Shown here: one piece after another, positions 1 to 10,897 of the stretch
Layout of the letters: the number at the start of each line of letters is the position of its first letter
Numbering within the stretch: position 1 is the first letter of the stretch
Source of the DNA: Selaginella moellendorffii
Lineage: Eukaryota; Plantae; Lycopodiophyta
Direction: 5' to 3'
NCBI RefSeq assembly: GCF_000143415.4
Contig: NW_003314291.1
Coordinates: 1,082,768 to 1,146,767 of the forward strand
DNA: 64,000 bases
Position numbers and translations under genes: made by a program
The notes under the pieces: generated by a model
Seen by the model: only the letters and a program-made list of their open reading frames with translations
The model's database searches: none
Told to the model about the DNA's origin: nothing

Positions 1-445
1 CCCCCCCCCCCCCCCCCCCCCGGGAAACACACGCTTTGGGCTTTCACCCCTTGACCTGTATTAGTATTTGGACTCAATCTCGGACTCGATCTCGGACCCG
101 ACTTCAGACTTGGTCTCGGACCCAACTTCGGACTTGGTCTCGAACTCGATCTCGGACTTGATCTCGGACCCGATTTTGGACTTGACTTTAGACTCGATTT
201 CGGACTCGGTCTCGAACCTGATTTCAGATCTTGGACTCCGTCTTGAACTTAGTCTCGAACTCAGCCTCGAACTCGGTCTCCGAGTCGGTCTCGGACTTGA
301 TCCCGGACTCTATCACGAACTCGATCTCAGAGTCGGTCTTGGACTCGATCTCAGACTCGGTCCCATCCGATGAACTCTTTGTCATTTCGGTCATGCTTTC
401 GGGGATCTTTTAGCCTACGACACCTTGGGGAGTTGGTTCCTTACA
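1..445 (-). repeat. Partial LTR of the Gypsy chromovirus family (window starts inside it)
   Basis: Poly-C run, CTCGGA/CTCGAT hexamer array and terminus ...GTTGGTTCCTTACA match the right part of LTR 9760-10897. Confidence 0.85.
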
Positions 446-1309
446 CTTATCTCTCTCCCCTTAAGCTAATTGGAAAAGGGGCAATTGCTTCATGAGAGAG
501 CCTTTATTGGCTATTTTATCCCATTTATCTCCCAAGGTTCCAAGAATCTATGGTGACAGTATATCCAAATTTCATCCCATAATCACATATGTTGCACTCA
601 CCCCCTCTTTAGAAATGTTAATGTCTTCATTGACTATTGACTAACAACCTTTACTAAGCCAAGGGGAACTAACTGTAAGCCACAAATTTTTCCTTTCCAA
701 TTTGCTAGCTTACCTCGTCTATCCGTCCGACACCGCCTTGGCCTTTGCTAAGCTCCCTCGCCAAGGTTCTCGCCTATGGTACCAACTCCTACTTGGTCCT
801 ACTTGCTTTCAGCTACTCACTGCACGAGCAACGGAGCGTTAGCCATTCATCCACGGATTCCTAATCTCTCCCAATCCCCCTCCCCGGATTAGATTGGACT
901 TAAGGTTCGGCTACACTCCCCGCAAGCACAAGCAGCCAAGCACACCAAGCTTCCAGGTTCTTAACATCCCTTGGTACCACAAGACTTGATCATGGGACCC
1001 TCTAAATCCCAAGTTTTGAGTGCAACACTTGCTTTGGGACGCCGGGGCGAAACACCGTGGCCTAGCGGCCCGGTATGGGTACCTCTACCCCCCCACTTCC
1101 ATCTCGAAGGAAGGCCCAAGCCCCTAGGAAGGGCAAGGACCAATGAGCCGCATGGTACTCAAGTGGGGCACCACTCCACATGAGCCAGGAGCACCGCAAT
1201 CGGTTTCCCTTTCGAGAGTGGGAGCTGCTCTTGAGCACTTCCTTGGATGGCCCCTCCGGCACCAACCAAGTCCATACTCACTCCCACCCAAGGCCCCTCG
1301 GTCCCAGTC

Positions 1310-2763
1310 TGTAAGCGACTAAATTTTCCATTCTACTTTAGTCACTTAACCACACCTCCGACCACTTGGAGGAGTCTCATTCACAACCTCCATCAGTCCA
1401 ATCCAGGACTTGGGACTTGCTAGCCCCGAGAATGGCATCCATGCCACTCAACATTTGCACTTGGTCCAAGTGCTCCACGTGTCCGATCCCATGACCGACA
1501 CTCAAAGGTACCACCGACATAACAGCCCGTTACGCTAAGGCCATGCCCAATCACCTTTGCCACACTGGTAGTCCAATACCACTTGCATCACAGTCTTGGC
1601 TCTCCAAGACTAGGCAAACCATCCGTGAGTGGTCATCTCAGATCCACTCCTTAGCATCCTTAGGATGCCCACCGACAAGGGGAATAGCCTTCCCCAATAT
1701 CCCTCTATCAATCCCCACTAAGTCCCTTTCTGCCCCTGGCCGTGTTTGCCAACACTGCCACTGGATCGAGACCCACAGGCCCGACCACTAAGTCCCATGG
1801 TCCTCTGGGACTTCCTCACCACACGACTGTGTCCTTGGTCACTACCCCAGAGGATTGCTCCTCTTCCTTTCCACAGTCTGGGCCTTTGGGACAACATTTC
1901 GGAACACCGTGGCCTTACGCGAGCCACCTGGGTACTCTCCTCGCCTTCTGCCCTTGGGTGCTCTAGCCATGGGCTTAGAGCGAGGTTCCGTTGAGCCACG
2001 CCTGGTATCCAAGTAGGTAGTGCCACCCACACTTGGACTGGGAGCATCGGCCAGTCGATCTCCCGGGGGAACTAGAGCCGGCTCTTGAACACTTCACCAA
2101 TTGTCGGTCCGTGTTCACTCTAGTCTTGGACTTCCCAGTGGTCAGCTCATCACCCAACACTGGGTCTGGCCTTCCTGGGCCAAACTGGCCTTTCCTGGCC
2201 AAACTGGCTCCACTGGGCTCCAACCCCCACACTCTCCCTACTATACTTTTGGAACCCCCTGCAGCCCCCCCCCCCCCCTGGGGGACGATCGCTTTGGGCT
2301 TTCACCCAACTGCCTGTATTAGTATTCGGACTCGGACTCGGGCTCGAACACGGACTCGGACTCGGTCTCGGTCCCGGTTTTGGACTCGGACTCGGTCTCG
2401 GTCTCGGTCTCGGCCTCGGTCTCAGTTCCATCTCGGACTCCATCTCGGGTCCATCTCGGACTCCATCTCGGGTCCATCTCGGACTCCATCTCGGGTCCAT
2501 CTCGGACTCCATCTCGGACTCCATCTCGGGTCCATCTCGGACTCCATCTCGGACTCCACTTCGGGTCCATCTCAGACTCCAACTTGGGTCCGCCTCGTGC
2601 TTGCTCTTCGAGCATTTTGTTGGGAGTTCCACTCCCGCTCTCGACCTTCCAAGTCAGAGCTTTTAGTCCAAACATGTTACACTCGTTTGGCTTTCGTTTC
2701 GGCCACTACCACGTGGCACCCTTTCTGGCTCCACTTTGGGGCCTAGGGATTTTGTGTCTCACA
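1310..2763 (-). repeat. LTR of a related Gypsy subfamily
   Basis: TGTAAG...TCACA ends; shares the CCCCTGCAGCCCCC motif and hexamer array with the main LTR; followed by the same PPT-like ACTCCACCACCCATAG. Confidence 0.65.
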
Positions 2764-2890
2764 ACTCCACCACCCATAGACGAAGTTCGATGTCCTCATC
2801 GAACGATAAACTATTTTATAAAGTAACATCCGCATATGTTACCATTTCCATCCTTGGCACCTAGCCAATATTTGTCAATAGTTTGACATT

Positions 2891-3177
2891 ATGCTTTATT
2901 TTGTTAAAGTGGAACTTTTCATTATCCCACTTATGGTGTGTGGCCACATGCCATTTTTATAACAACAATAAAAAATTGAAGTTTTAGCTTTATAATTTAT
3001 AAATTAAAAACTTTTCATATGATTTTGTGTTATAATATTGTGAAATATAAAAAATAAATTAAAAAACTGATAGAAATATTAATAAATATTAATTAAGTAC
3101 TAGGAAATGGCATGTGGACACATGCTAATTAATGTCCCACTTTATTGAATAAGTTCCACTTTAACGAAATAAAGCAT
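2891..3177. mobile_element. MITE (287 bp), non-autonomous relative of the 13 kb Sola-like transposon
   Basis: TIR ATGCTTTATTTTGTTAAAGTGGAAC / GTTCCACTTTAACGAAATAAAGCAT; 4-bp TSD CATT (2887-2890, 3178-3181); AT-rich core; two copies of the 22-bp palindrome (2933-2954, 3107-3128). Confidence 0.85.
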
Positions 3178-5309
3178 CATTGAAGGCTCACCATGCCTTC
3201 TCCATATTCGTCAATGGTCTGACACCAAAGCCTCACTATGCCTTGCCCATCCTCTAAGGAGCATAGCCCCTCCAACTTAGAGGCTCATTTGACCACTTGT
3301 GGTGGTTCTCTCTTTTTATTGGTTTAGTTCTCACTAAACCTGTTAGAGACACCTTCTCTAACTCAATCTCACTACTCATTCTTGAGTGGTCTCACTTTCC
3401 AATGATATAACTTTTGCACTTTGGAACTTTAAATTTTGACTTCTTGGAATCAATTTCCTAGGTGTCTCTGACACCTTGCCTTGCACCTTTTGTGCAACTC
3501 CACTTCCCATCCTAGGAAGTTCTCTACTTGAGGGCACCATCACCCTCTCTTCTATTTCGTGCCACCCTAGGGCACTAAATTCCAGTCATCATACTTTGTG
3601 TTAGGGCTGTTCATGGCCTTATCATTTGGCTACCTTACCACTCCCTCCTTTGGAGCTTCCCCTTTCGCCAAATCGGAGCAATTCAGAAACCATCCTTGGA
3701 AACACACTTCCTTTCCCGCAATTTGTTAGCCTCCAACACATTAGTGTTCCTCGCCTAACTTTGCCACTTGGATTCCTTCTAAGGGATTCCACGGCCATAT
3801 CTTGGCCAATGTAAGCAACCAAAGGGAACGACTTGAGAGACGATCCGTTGGGGTTCAAATATAGAGGGAAAGGGCCCATGAACAAGAGTGCACCCCCTTT
3901 TCCAATCGATTAAGGGTCTTGGGATATTTGGGGTTAAGCGTCCTTGGGTTTGAATAGTACTGGGCTGGGTGACCTCCCGGGAAGTCCAAATTCAAGGAGC
4001 TTACACAGTCCCAACCTTAAGTCGGTTTGGGAGCCCCATTGAAGAGTCCCTTCAAAACTGGTTCCTGGACCTCACTATTGTAAGCCATAAATTTTTCCTT
4101 TCCCCCTGCAGCCCCCCCCCCCCTGGGAGATGCATGCTTTGGGCTTTCACCCCTTGACCCGTATTAGTATTTGGACTTAGTCTCTGGCTCGATCTCGGAC
4201 CCGATTTCGGATCCGACTTCGGATTCGGTCTCGGACTCAATCTCGGACCCGATCTCGGACCCGACCTCGGACTCGACCTCGGACTCGGTCTCGGACCCGA
4301 TTTTGGATCTCGGACTCCGTCTCGAACTCGGTCTCGAACTCGGACTCGAACTCGGTCCCCGAGTCGGTCTCGGACTCGATTCCGGACTCTATCTCAAACT
4401 CGGTCCTAGAGTCGGTCTTGAACTCGATCTTCGACTTGGTCCCATCCGATGAACTCTTTGTCATTTTGGTCATTCTTTCGGGGTTCCTTTAGCCTACGAC
4501 ACCTCGGCGAGTTGGTTCCTTACAACTCCACCACCCATAGAAGAAGTTCGATGCCCACATCGAACGTCTCGTTTTATCCTACGATTTGTTGACCATGTCT
4601 CCGGGGGCATCCCCCCACTTAGCGGTGTGCCTAAGTTAGCCTCCCCGGCCAAGAGCCCATGACAACAGAATATAGGTGTCCCTATACTCCTCCCCTCACC
4701 ACGCCCTAGTATGGGGTCGGGACTTGAACCCAGCCTTGCTTTACTAGGGGGTTGGGACTCGAACCCAACCTCCGTAGAATACATCTACGGATTCGACATC
4801 CCCGCAGGGAGTCGGGCGTAGCTCCCTACGCCTGGTCGACCTAGCTAACCCATGCTAATTAGCTTACCTTCGGCGCGCCTTCGGGTCCCAACATATGCCA
4901 CTTGCTCAACTTTGCAAATTGATATTTTTAATTGAACTTTGCATAAGTACATAGAGTTCTGCCTTGCAGAAATTCCTCCACTAGATCTCGCGCGTTCGCT
5001 AGGTTCTCCTCCGGTTCCCATGTTGCTTCGCAGTGTGGAAATCCTTTCCACTTCACATGGAACTCTCTCACCTCGCGTCCTTGTCACTTGCTCTTGCGCG
5101 CATTGAGGATGGCCTCGACTTCGTATTCCTCTTCCCCTTGGATAACCTCAGGTAAAGGTCTTACTTGGTCCTTGCGAAGCGGATCCTCAAAGTACGGCTT
5201 GAGTAAGTTCACATGGAACACTGGGTGCATCTTCCCCATCTCTCGAGGAAGTCGGAGTCGGTAAGCCACTTTACCGATTCGTGCCTCAATCTCGTACGGC
5301 CCCGCGAAC

Positions 5310-5361
5310 CTGCTTAAGGAACTCAAGATCAATTCATTTACATGAATACATGCATTTTTAC
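5310..5361 (-). other. Spliceosomal-type intron 2 in integrase (52 nt)
   Basis: CAAAG|GTAAAA...TAAGCAG|GTTC; removal gives KLTQRFAGPY (GPY/F motif); same intron at 32800-32851. Confidence 0.8.
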
Positions 5362-5779
5362 CTTTGGGTCAACTTTCGGCTGATCCCACTTGGTAGCCTG
5401 AGGTTCTTGGTGTTCAGCCACACCTTCTCCCCAGCTTGGAACTCTACATCCTGGCGCTTTAGGTTCGCGTACTTGGTTTGCCTTTGTTGAGCTCGTTCCA
5501 AGGAATCCCTCACTAGATTCCAAATGTTGAGTCTTTCCGCCGTGAATGCCTCCACTGCGGGTAACTCTCCATGATACTCGGCCATGCCGAGTTCCACAGG
5601 ACCTTCAATAGCTCGCCCATTGATGACTTCCCATGGACTCACCCCGATACTCGAATGTGGTGAGTTGTTATAACACATTTCCGCAAGTCCCAAATGACTT
5701 ACCCAATCGGTCTGGTCTCCCGAGACATAGCATCGCAAATAATCCTCCAGCTGCCTATTCACCCTTTCCGTTTGTCCGT

Positions 5780-5826
5780 CTGTCAAGAAGTGTTAGGACC
5801 ACCAAACTTGACTTAATACCCCATAC
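5780..5826 (-). other. Spliceosomal-type intron 1 in integrase (47 nt)
   Basis: ACAG|GTATGG...CCTAAC...TTGACAG|ACGG; removal restores YHPQTDGQTER; also at 11408-11454 and 33270-33316. Confidence 0.85.
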
Positions 5827-8800
5827 CTGTCTGTGGGTGATAGGCTGTACTGAATTTCAACTTGGTGCGATACTGTTCCAGGAAAGTCCTCCAGAACCTA
5901 CTAGTGAAGATCTTATCTCGATCTGAGATAATCTCTTCTGGCCTTCCCCGCACTCGAACCACTTGTTCAAAGAACAGCTTCGCCACACCTTCCACATCCA
6001 CTTCCGTTGTGGTGGGTATGAAATGTGCCATCTTCGAAAATCGATCCACCACTACGAATATCGCATCGAACCCCTTGCTTGGGGGTAGTCCCGTGATGAA
6101 GTCCATCGTAAGACATTTCCACGGACGATCTGGAATTGGGATGCTTTGCAACAAGCCCCCACTAGCCTTAGTCACGGCTTTGACTTGCTGACATGTTGGA
6201 CATGTCTTTACATAGTCTTGGACGTCCTTAGCCATATCTGGCCAATGGTACTTCCTCTTGAGTAAGCCTATCGTCTTGGGCACTCCGTCGTGTCCCGCAA
6301 GAGCTCCGTCACGACACTCTTCTAAGGCTACCTTCCTTAGTCCCCGTTCTGGAACATATACCCTCGTTTGCTTGTAATAAATGAGTCCGTTGCGTTCCGC
6401 ATAGCCCGTTTTCTCTTCCGTTGGCAGCTCACCTCTCTGGTGAGCTTCCCGTGCCTCCAGATTCCTCAACAACACTTCTTGTGCTAGACCATCGTTCTCA
6501 TATGTTGTCCGCACATCGTCCCAGAAGGTTGCTGTTGCGCTGGATATCGCCAACCTCAAGCTCGCTTTTCGACTTAGCGCATCTGCCACGATGTTGCTCT
6601 TCCCAGGCTTGTACAGAATCTCGCAATCAAACTCGGCCAAGGCATTGGCCCACCGACCTTGTTTCCCTCTCAGGTCGGGCTGTGACAAGAAGTGTTTCAT
6701 TGCCACATTGTCCGTGTAAACCTTGAAGTGTCTCCCAAGGTAGTGTCGCCACTCCTTGAGCGCCTTGACCACCGCAAACAATTCCTTCTCGTGGGCAGGC
6801 CACTTCCGTTGAGCCTTGTCCAACTTCTTCGAGAAGAACGCTACTGGATGGTTGTCTTGCTTCAAAACTGCGCCCAATGCAAAGTCCGAAGCATCCGTGT
6901 CTACCTCAAAGTCCTTACCAAAATCTGGTAATTCCAACACCGGAGCCTTCCTCAACTTCCCTTTGAGGTGGACGAATGCCGCCTCGCATTCCGCTGTCCA
7001 AACCATCTTCCCTTTTCTTGTTTGGTCCGTTAAGGGTAGGGCTACTCTCGAATAGTGTCTGATAAACTTTCGATAGTAGTTACATAGCCCCAAGAACGCC
7101 CTCAACTCATGTACATTCGAAGGTCGCTCCCATTCCTGGATCACTTGGACCTTCTCCGGGTCCACCTTGAGCCCGTCTTGGCCCACCATATGCCCGAGAA
7201 ACTTTACCTCTTGTTGAGCAAAGTCACATTTGCTCTCTTTAGCATACAGTTTGTGTTCCCTTAGTTTCTCAAACACCTTCGCAAAGTGTTCGGCATGCTC
7301 CTCTAGCGTCTCGCTATAGATCAGGATATCGTCGATATAGACGACCACGAAGTGATCCAGATAGGGTACAAAGATGTGGTTCATCAACGCCGAAAACGTT
7401 GCCGGTGCATTGCACAGCCCAAAGGGCATCACCAGAAACTCAAAGCTCCCATACCTCGTTCGACAGGTTGTCTTCTCGACATCTTCCTCAGCTACCCTGA
7501 TCTGGTAGTATCCTGACCTTAGGTCAATCCTCGAGAAGTATTTTGCCTTTCCCAACCTATCAAACAGGTCCTCGATCCTTGGCAAAGGGTATTTGTTCTT
7601 TTTGGTATACTTGTTGAGCAACCGGTAGTCTATGCACATGCGCATAGATCCATCTTTCTTTTTCACACATAGCACCGGCGCCCCATACGGCGACTTGCTC
7701 AACCTAACATACCCTTTGTCCACCAACTCCTCTAGTTGGCTCTTGAGCTCCTTGAGTTCTTTTTCGTTCAATCGATAGGGTGGACGAACCACCGCCTCAG
7801 CACCCTCGACCAGCTCAATCTTATGTTCTATCGGTCGTGCGGGGGGCAACCCCGCCGGTAGCTCCTCCGGCATAGTATCCTGGAATTGGTCCAGCACCTG
7901 CTGGATCACTAAAGGGACTTCTTCCGTTCTTGTCTTTTTGTCACTCTTCACCGAGAGTAAGCACAAAAAGGCTGCCTTAGTTCCTTTAGTGAGTTGTCCT
8001 CTCGTGGACACCAGGTTTAAGCATGACTCTTTGGCCTTGCTTTGCCCTACCTTTAGATCCTGGGCCTCCACCCTAGATCTTCTTCCTTGGGCATTCGCCA
8101 ATACCACAAGGTTCCTACCTTGTCCATGCAGGGCTACCACGAACCGATTAAACCAATCCATTCCGAAGATCACGTCAAATCCCGCCATGTCCAATACGGT
8201 GAAATCCATGTCCACTTTCCATGTCCCCACTTCGACTCTCGCTTGTCGAAGTACCTCATCGGTGCTTTGGCTACCCTGAACAAACTCTATAGTCCTTGGT
8301 TTGCCTAGCCGCTGCACCGTTAGTCCGGCTTGCTGGACTATGTCTGCAGCCACAAAATTATCCGAAGCACCCGTGTCAATAAGAATCTTAACAAAGCTAC
8401 CTCCGAGCTTCCCTCAGAGGGCTAGTAGATGTCGCGAACGACTCTCTACCAAAGTTGCTTGTGTAATGAGTAACTTTGAGTTAGGGACTGGATCACATAC
8501 CTCAGTTTGGACTTCACCCGACTTGATGGCCATATTGGCTCTAGCCTTCTTCGGGTAGGGACATTCCCTCGAGAAGTGTCCCGCTTCGCCGCAGTTGTAG
8601 CATATGTTGTTTCCCACGCTGCTATACGACTTGACCTTCTTATCTGTGGGTTTGTCTTTTTTCGCTTGACTCCCCCACGTACTCGCTCGCTAACCACCGG
8701 ATTTGCCTTTCCGGAACCCCGAGGACTCATTCTTAGAGAAACTCTTTTTGAATTTCCCCTTGCTATACGTTCCCCTTGGTTTGGCCCCTTTGCTAAATGT

Positions 8801-9743
8801 GGATCCTGACCCCGTCGTGTTCCCCTTTCGCAGGTTATCGTTGAAATGCACCTTGATGGCCGCATCCAACGCTTCCTTGTAGTTGGTCGGGTTCCACCGC
8901 ATCACCTCACCGCGAGCCCAGGTTTGCAAACCTGATATGAAAGCATGGAACGCATCCATATCCCCCATGTCCGTGACAAGTATCCTCTTTGCCATGAACC
9001 CATTCACATATTCTTGGATGGTTCCAGTCTGCTTCAGCCTACTCAGCTCATGTCTCAGATGCAGAGTGGCATTCGGAGGAACGTATGTTGCGCAGATCCT
9101 CGCCTTCATCATGTCCCAAGTGGCCACCGGTCCTTCGTTGGCCTCTGTCGTTCTCCACTAAGACTTGGCATTATTTGCCAAGTATGGTTTTGCACATGGG
9201 ACCTTCTCCGAGCTCGGTAATCGCAACACTCGGAAGTAGTCCTCCATATCGTAAAACCAATCCTCCACCACTTTATAGTCGTTCACTCCCTTGAAGACCG
9301 GTGGGGGCTTTGGTTTGTACTTGGGAACTGCCTGAGGGACTGATTCTACTTCGGTCTGTTCGACCTTGTCTGGTTTTGCCTCATTCCCGGCCGAAAGATC
9401 CGCACCTTCTGCGCTGCCAGCATCCGCAGTCTTTTTCTTCTTCTTCCGCCTCTCGTCACGCTTTAGCTTGCGTACGAGAGTTTCCAATAGGGCATTGGTC
9501 TGTGCCAACTGTCCTTCTAGCACGTCCAATTGAGCCTTGGACTACCGAACCTCGCCACCGGACTCCTGTTTGGAATTTTCCTCACTAGAGTCCTCCTCAT
9601 GCAAGGATTCCTCATCCATAGCCTTTTGTTCGACCGGAGGCTCCAGCTCCGGCGGAGGTTCCGTCTCCGCCTGGGTTCGCTTACGCCCTGCCCTTGCCAT
9701 CTCCCAGCAATCCGCCTCTATCCTTCGCTAGAACTGAGATAAA

Positions 9744-9756
9744 GGCTCCGATACCA
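9744..9756 (-). promoter_or_regulatory. Primer-binding site (initiator Met tRNA type)
   Basis: Minus strand reads TGGTATCGGAGCC just inside the LTR, close to the canonical plant TGGTATCAGAGC; repeated near 15314-15326. Confidence 0.85.
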
Positions 9757-9759
9757 AAT

Positions 9760-10897
9760 TGTAAGCCACAAATTTTTCCTTTCCAATTTGCCAGCTTACC
9801 TCGTCTATCCGCCCAACACCGCCTTGGTTTTTGCTAAGTTCCCTTGCCAAGGTTCTCGCCTATGGTACCAGCTCCTACTTGGCCTCAGCTACTCACTGCA
9901 CGAGCAACGGAGTGTTAGCCATCCATCCACGGATTCCCAAATCACTCCCAATCCCCCTCCCCGGGTTAGACTGGACTTAAGGTTCGGCTACACTCCCCGC
10001 AAGCACAAGCAGCCAAGCACACCAAGCTTCCAGGTTCCTAACGTCCTTTGGTACCACAAGACTTGATCATGGGACCCTCTAAATCCCAAGTCTTGAGTGC
10101 AACACTTGCTTCGGGACGCCGGGGCGAAACACCGTGGCCTAGCGGCCCGGTATGGGTACCTCTCACCCCCCACTTCCATCCCGAAGGAAGGCCCAAGCCC
10201 CTAGGAAGGGCGAGGACCAATGAGCCGCATGGTACTCAAGTGGGGCACCACTCCACATGAGCCGGGAGCACCGTAATCGGTTTCCCTTTCGGGAGTGGGA
10301 GCTGCTCTTGAGCACTTCCTTGGATGGCCCCTCCGGCACCAACCAAGTCCATGCTCACTCCCACCCAAGGCCCCTCGGTCCCAGTCCCAACCTCAAGTCA
10401 GTTTGGGAGCCCCACTGGAGAGTCCCTTCTAAACTGGTTCCTGGACCTCACTATCCCTACTATACTTTTGGAACCCCCTGCAGCCCCCCCCCCCCCTGGG
10501 AGACGCATGCTTTGGGCTTTCACCCCTTGACCCGTATTAGTATTTGGACTTAGTCTCTGGCTCGATCTCGGACCCGATTTCGGATCCGACTTCGGATTCG
10601 ATCTCGGACTCGATCTCGGACTCGATCTCGGACCCGATCTCGGACCCGACCTCGGACTTGACCTCGGACTCGGTCTCGGACCCGATTTCGGATCTCAGAC
10701 TCGGTCTCGAACTCGGTCTCGAACTCGGTCCCTGAGTCGGTCTCGGACTCGATTCCGGACTCTATCTCGAACTCGGTCTCCGAGTCGGTCTTGGACTTGA
10801 TCTTCGATTTGGTCCCATCCGATGAACTCTTTGTCATTTTGGTCATGCTTTCGGGGTTCCTTTAGCCTACGACACCTCGGCGAGTTGGTTCCTTACA
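9760..10897 (-). repeat. Full-length LTR shared by copies A and B
   Basis: TGTAAG...CTTACA; PBS on the left side and PPT (TGGGTGGTGGAGT on the minus strand) on the right side. Confidence 0.92.

Larger units (their letters stand above)
674..4078 (-). repeat. LTR of the same family, split into 674-1309 and 4006-4078 by a 2.7 kb insertion and cut at 4078 by another LTR
   Basis: Starts TGTAAGCCACAAAT and follows 9760 onward until CCCAGTC at 1309; resumes CAGTCCCAACC at 4006 (5-bp duplication CAGTC). Confidence 0.8.
4932..9700 (-). pseudogene. gag-pol polyprotein of copy A: Gag, CCHC knuckle, aspartic protease, RT, RNase H, integrase, chromodomain
   Basis: CYNCGEAGHFSREC, LIDTGA, YIDD, TDAS, CPTCQ/MDFI/ISDRD, YEVEAIL...VKWKG; several in-frame stops; introns at 5780-5826 and 5310-5361. 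Confidence 0.9.
4079..10897 (-). mobile_element. Ty3/Gypsy chromovirus LTR retrotransposon, copy A (defective)
   Basis: 3' LTR 4079-4524 (internally deleted), PPT, gag-PR-RT-RH-IN-chromodomain order on the minus strand, PBS, 5' LTR 9760-10897. Confidence 0.95.

Noticed and set aside
68-413. Ser/Asp-rich ORFs (SDSISD...) here and in the other LTRs
   Set aside because: Translation artefacts of the hexamer array inside LTRs
4835-5087. 80-aa ORF (4845-5087), or a third (GC-AG) intron after the chromodomain
   Set aside because: The chromodomain lies in another frame, and no conserved motif is restored by splicing
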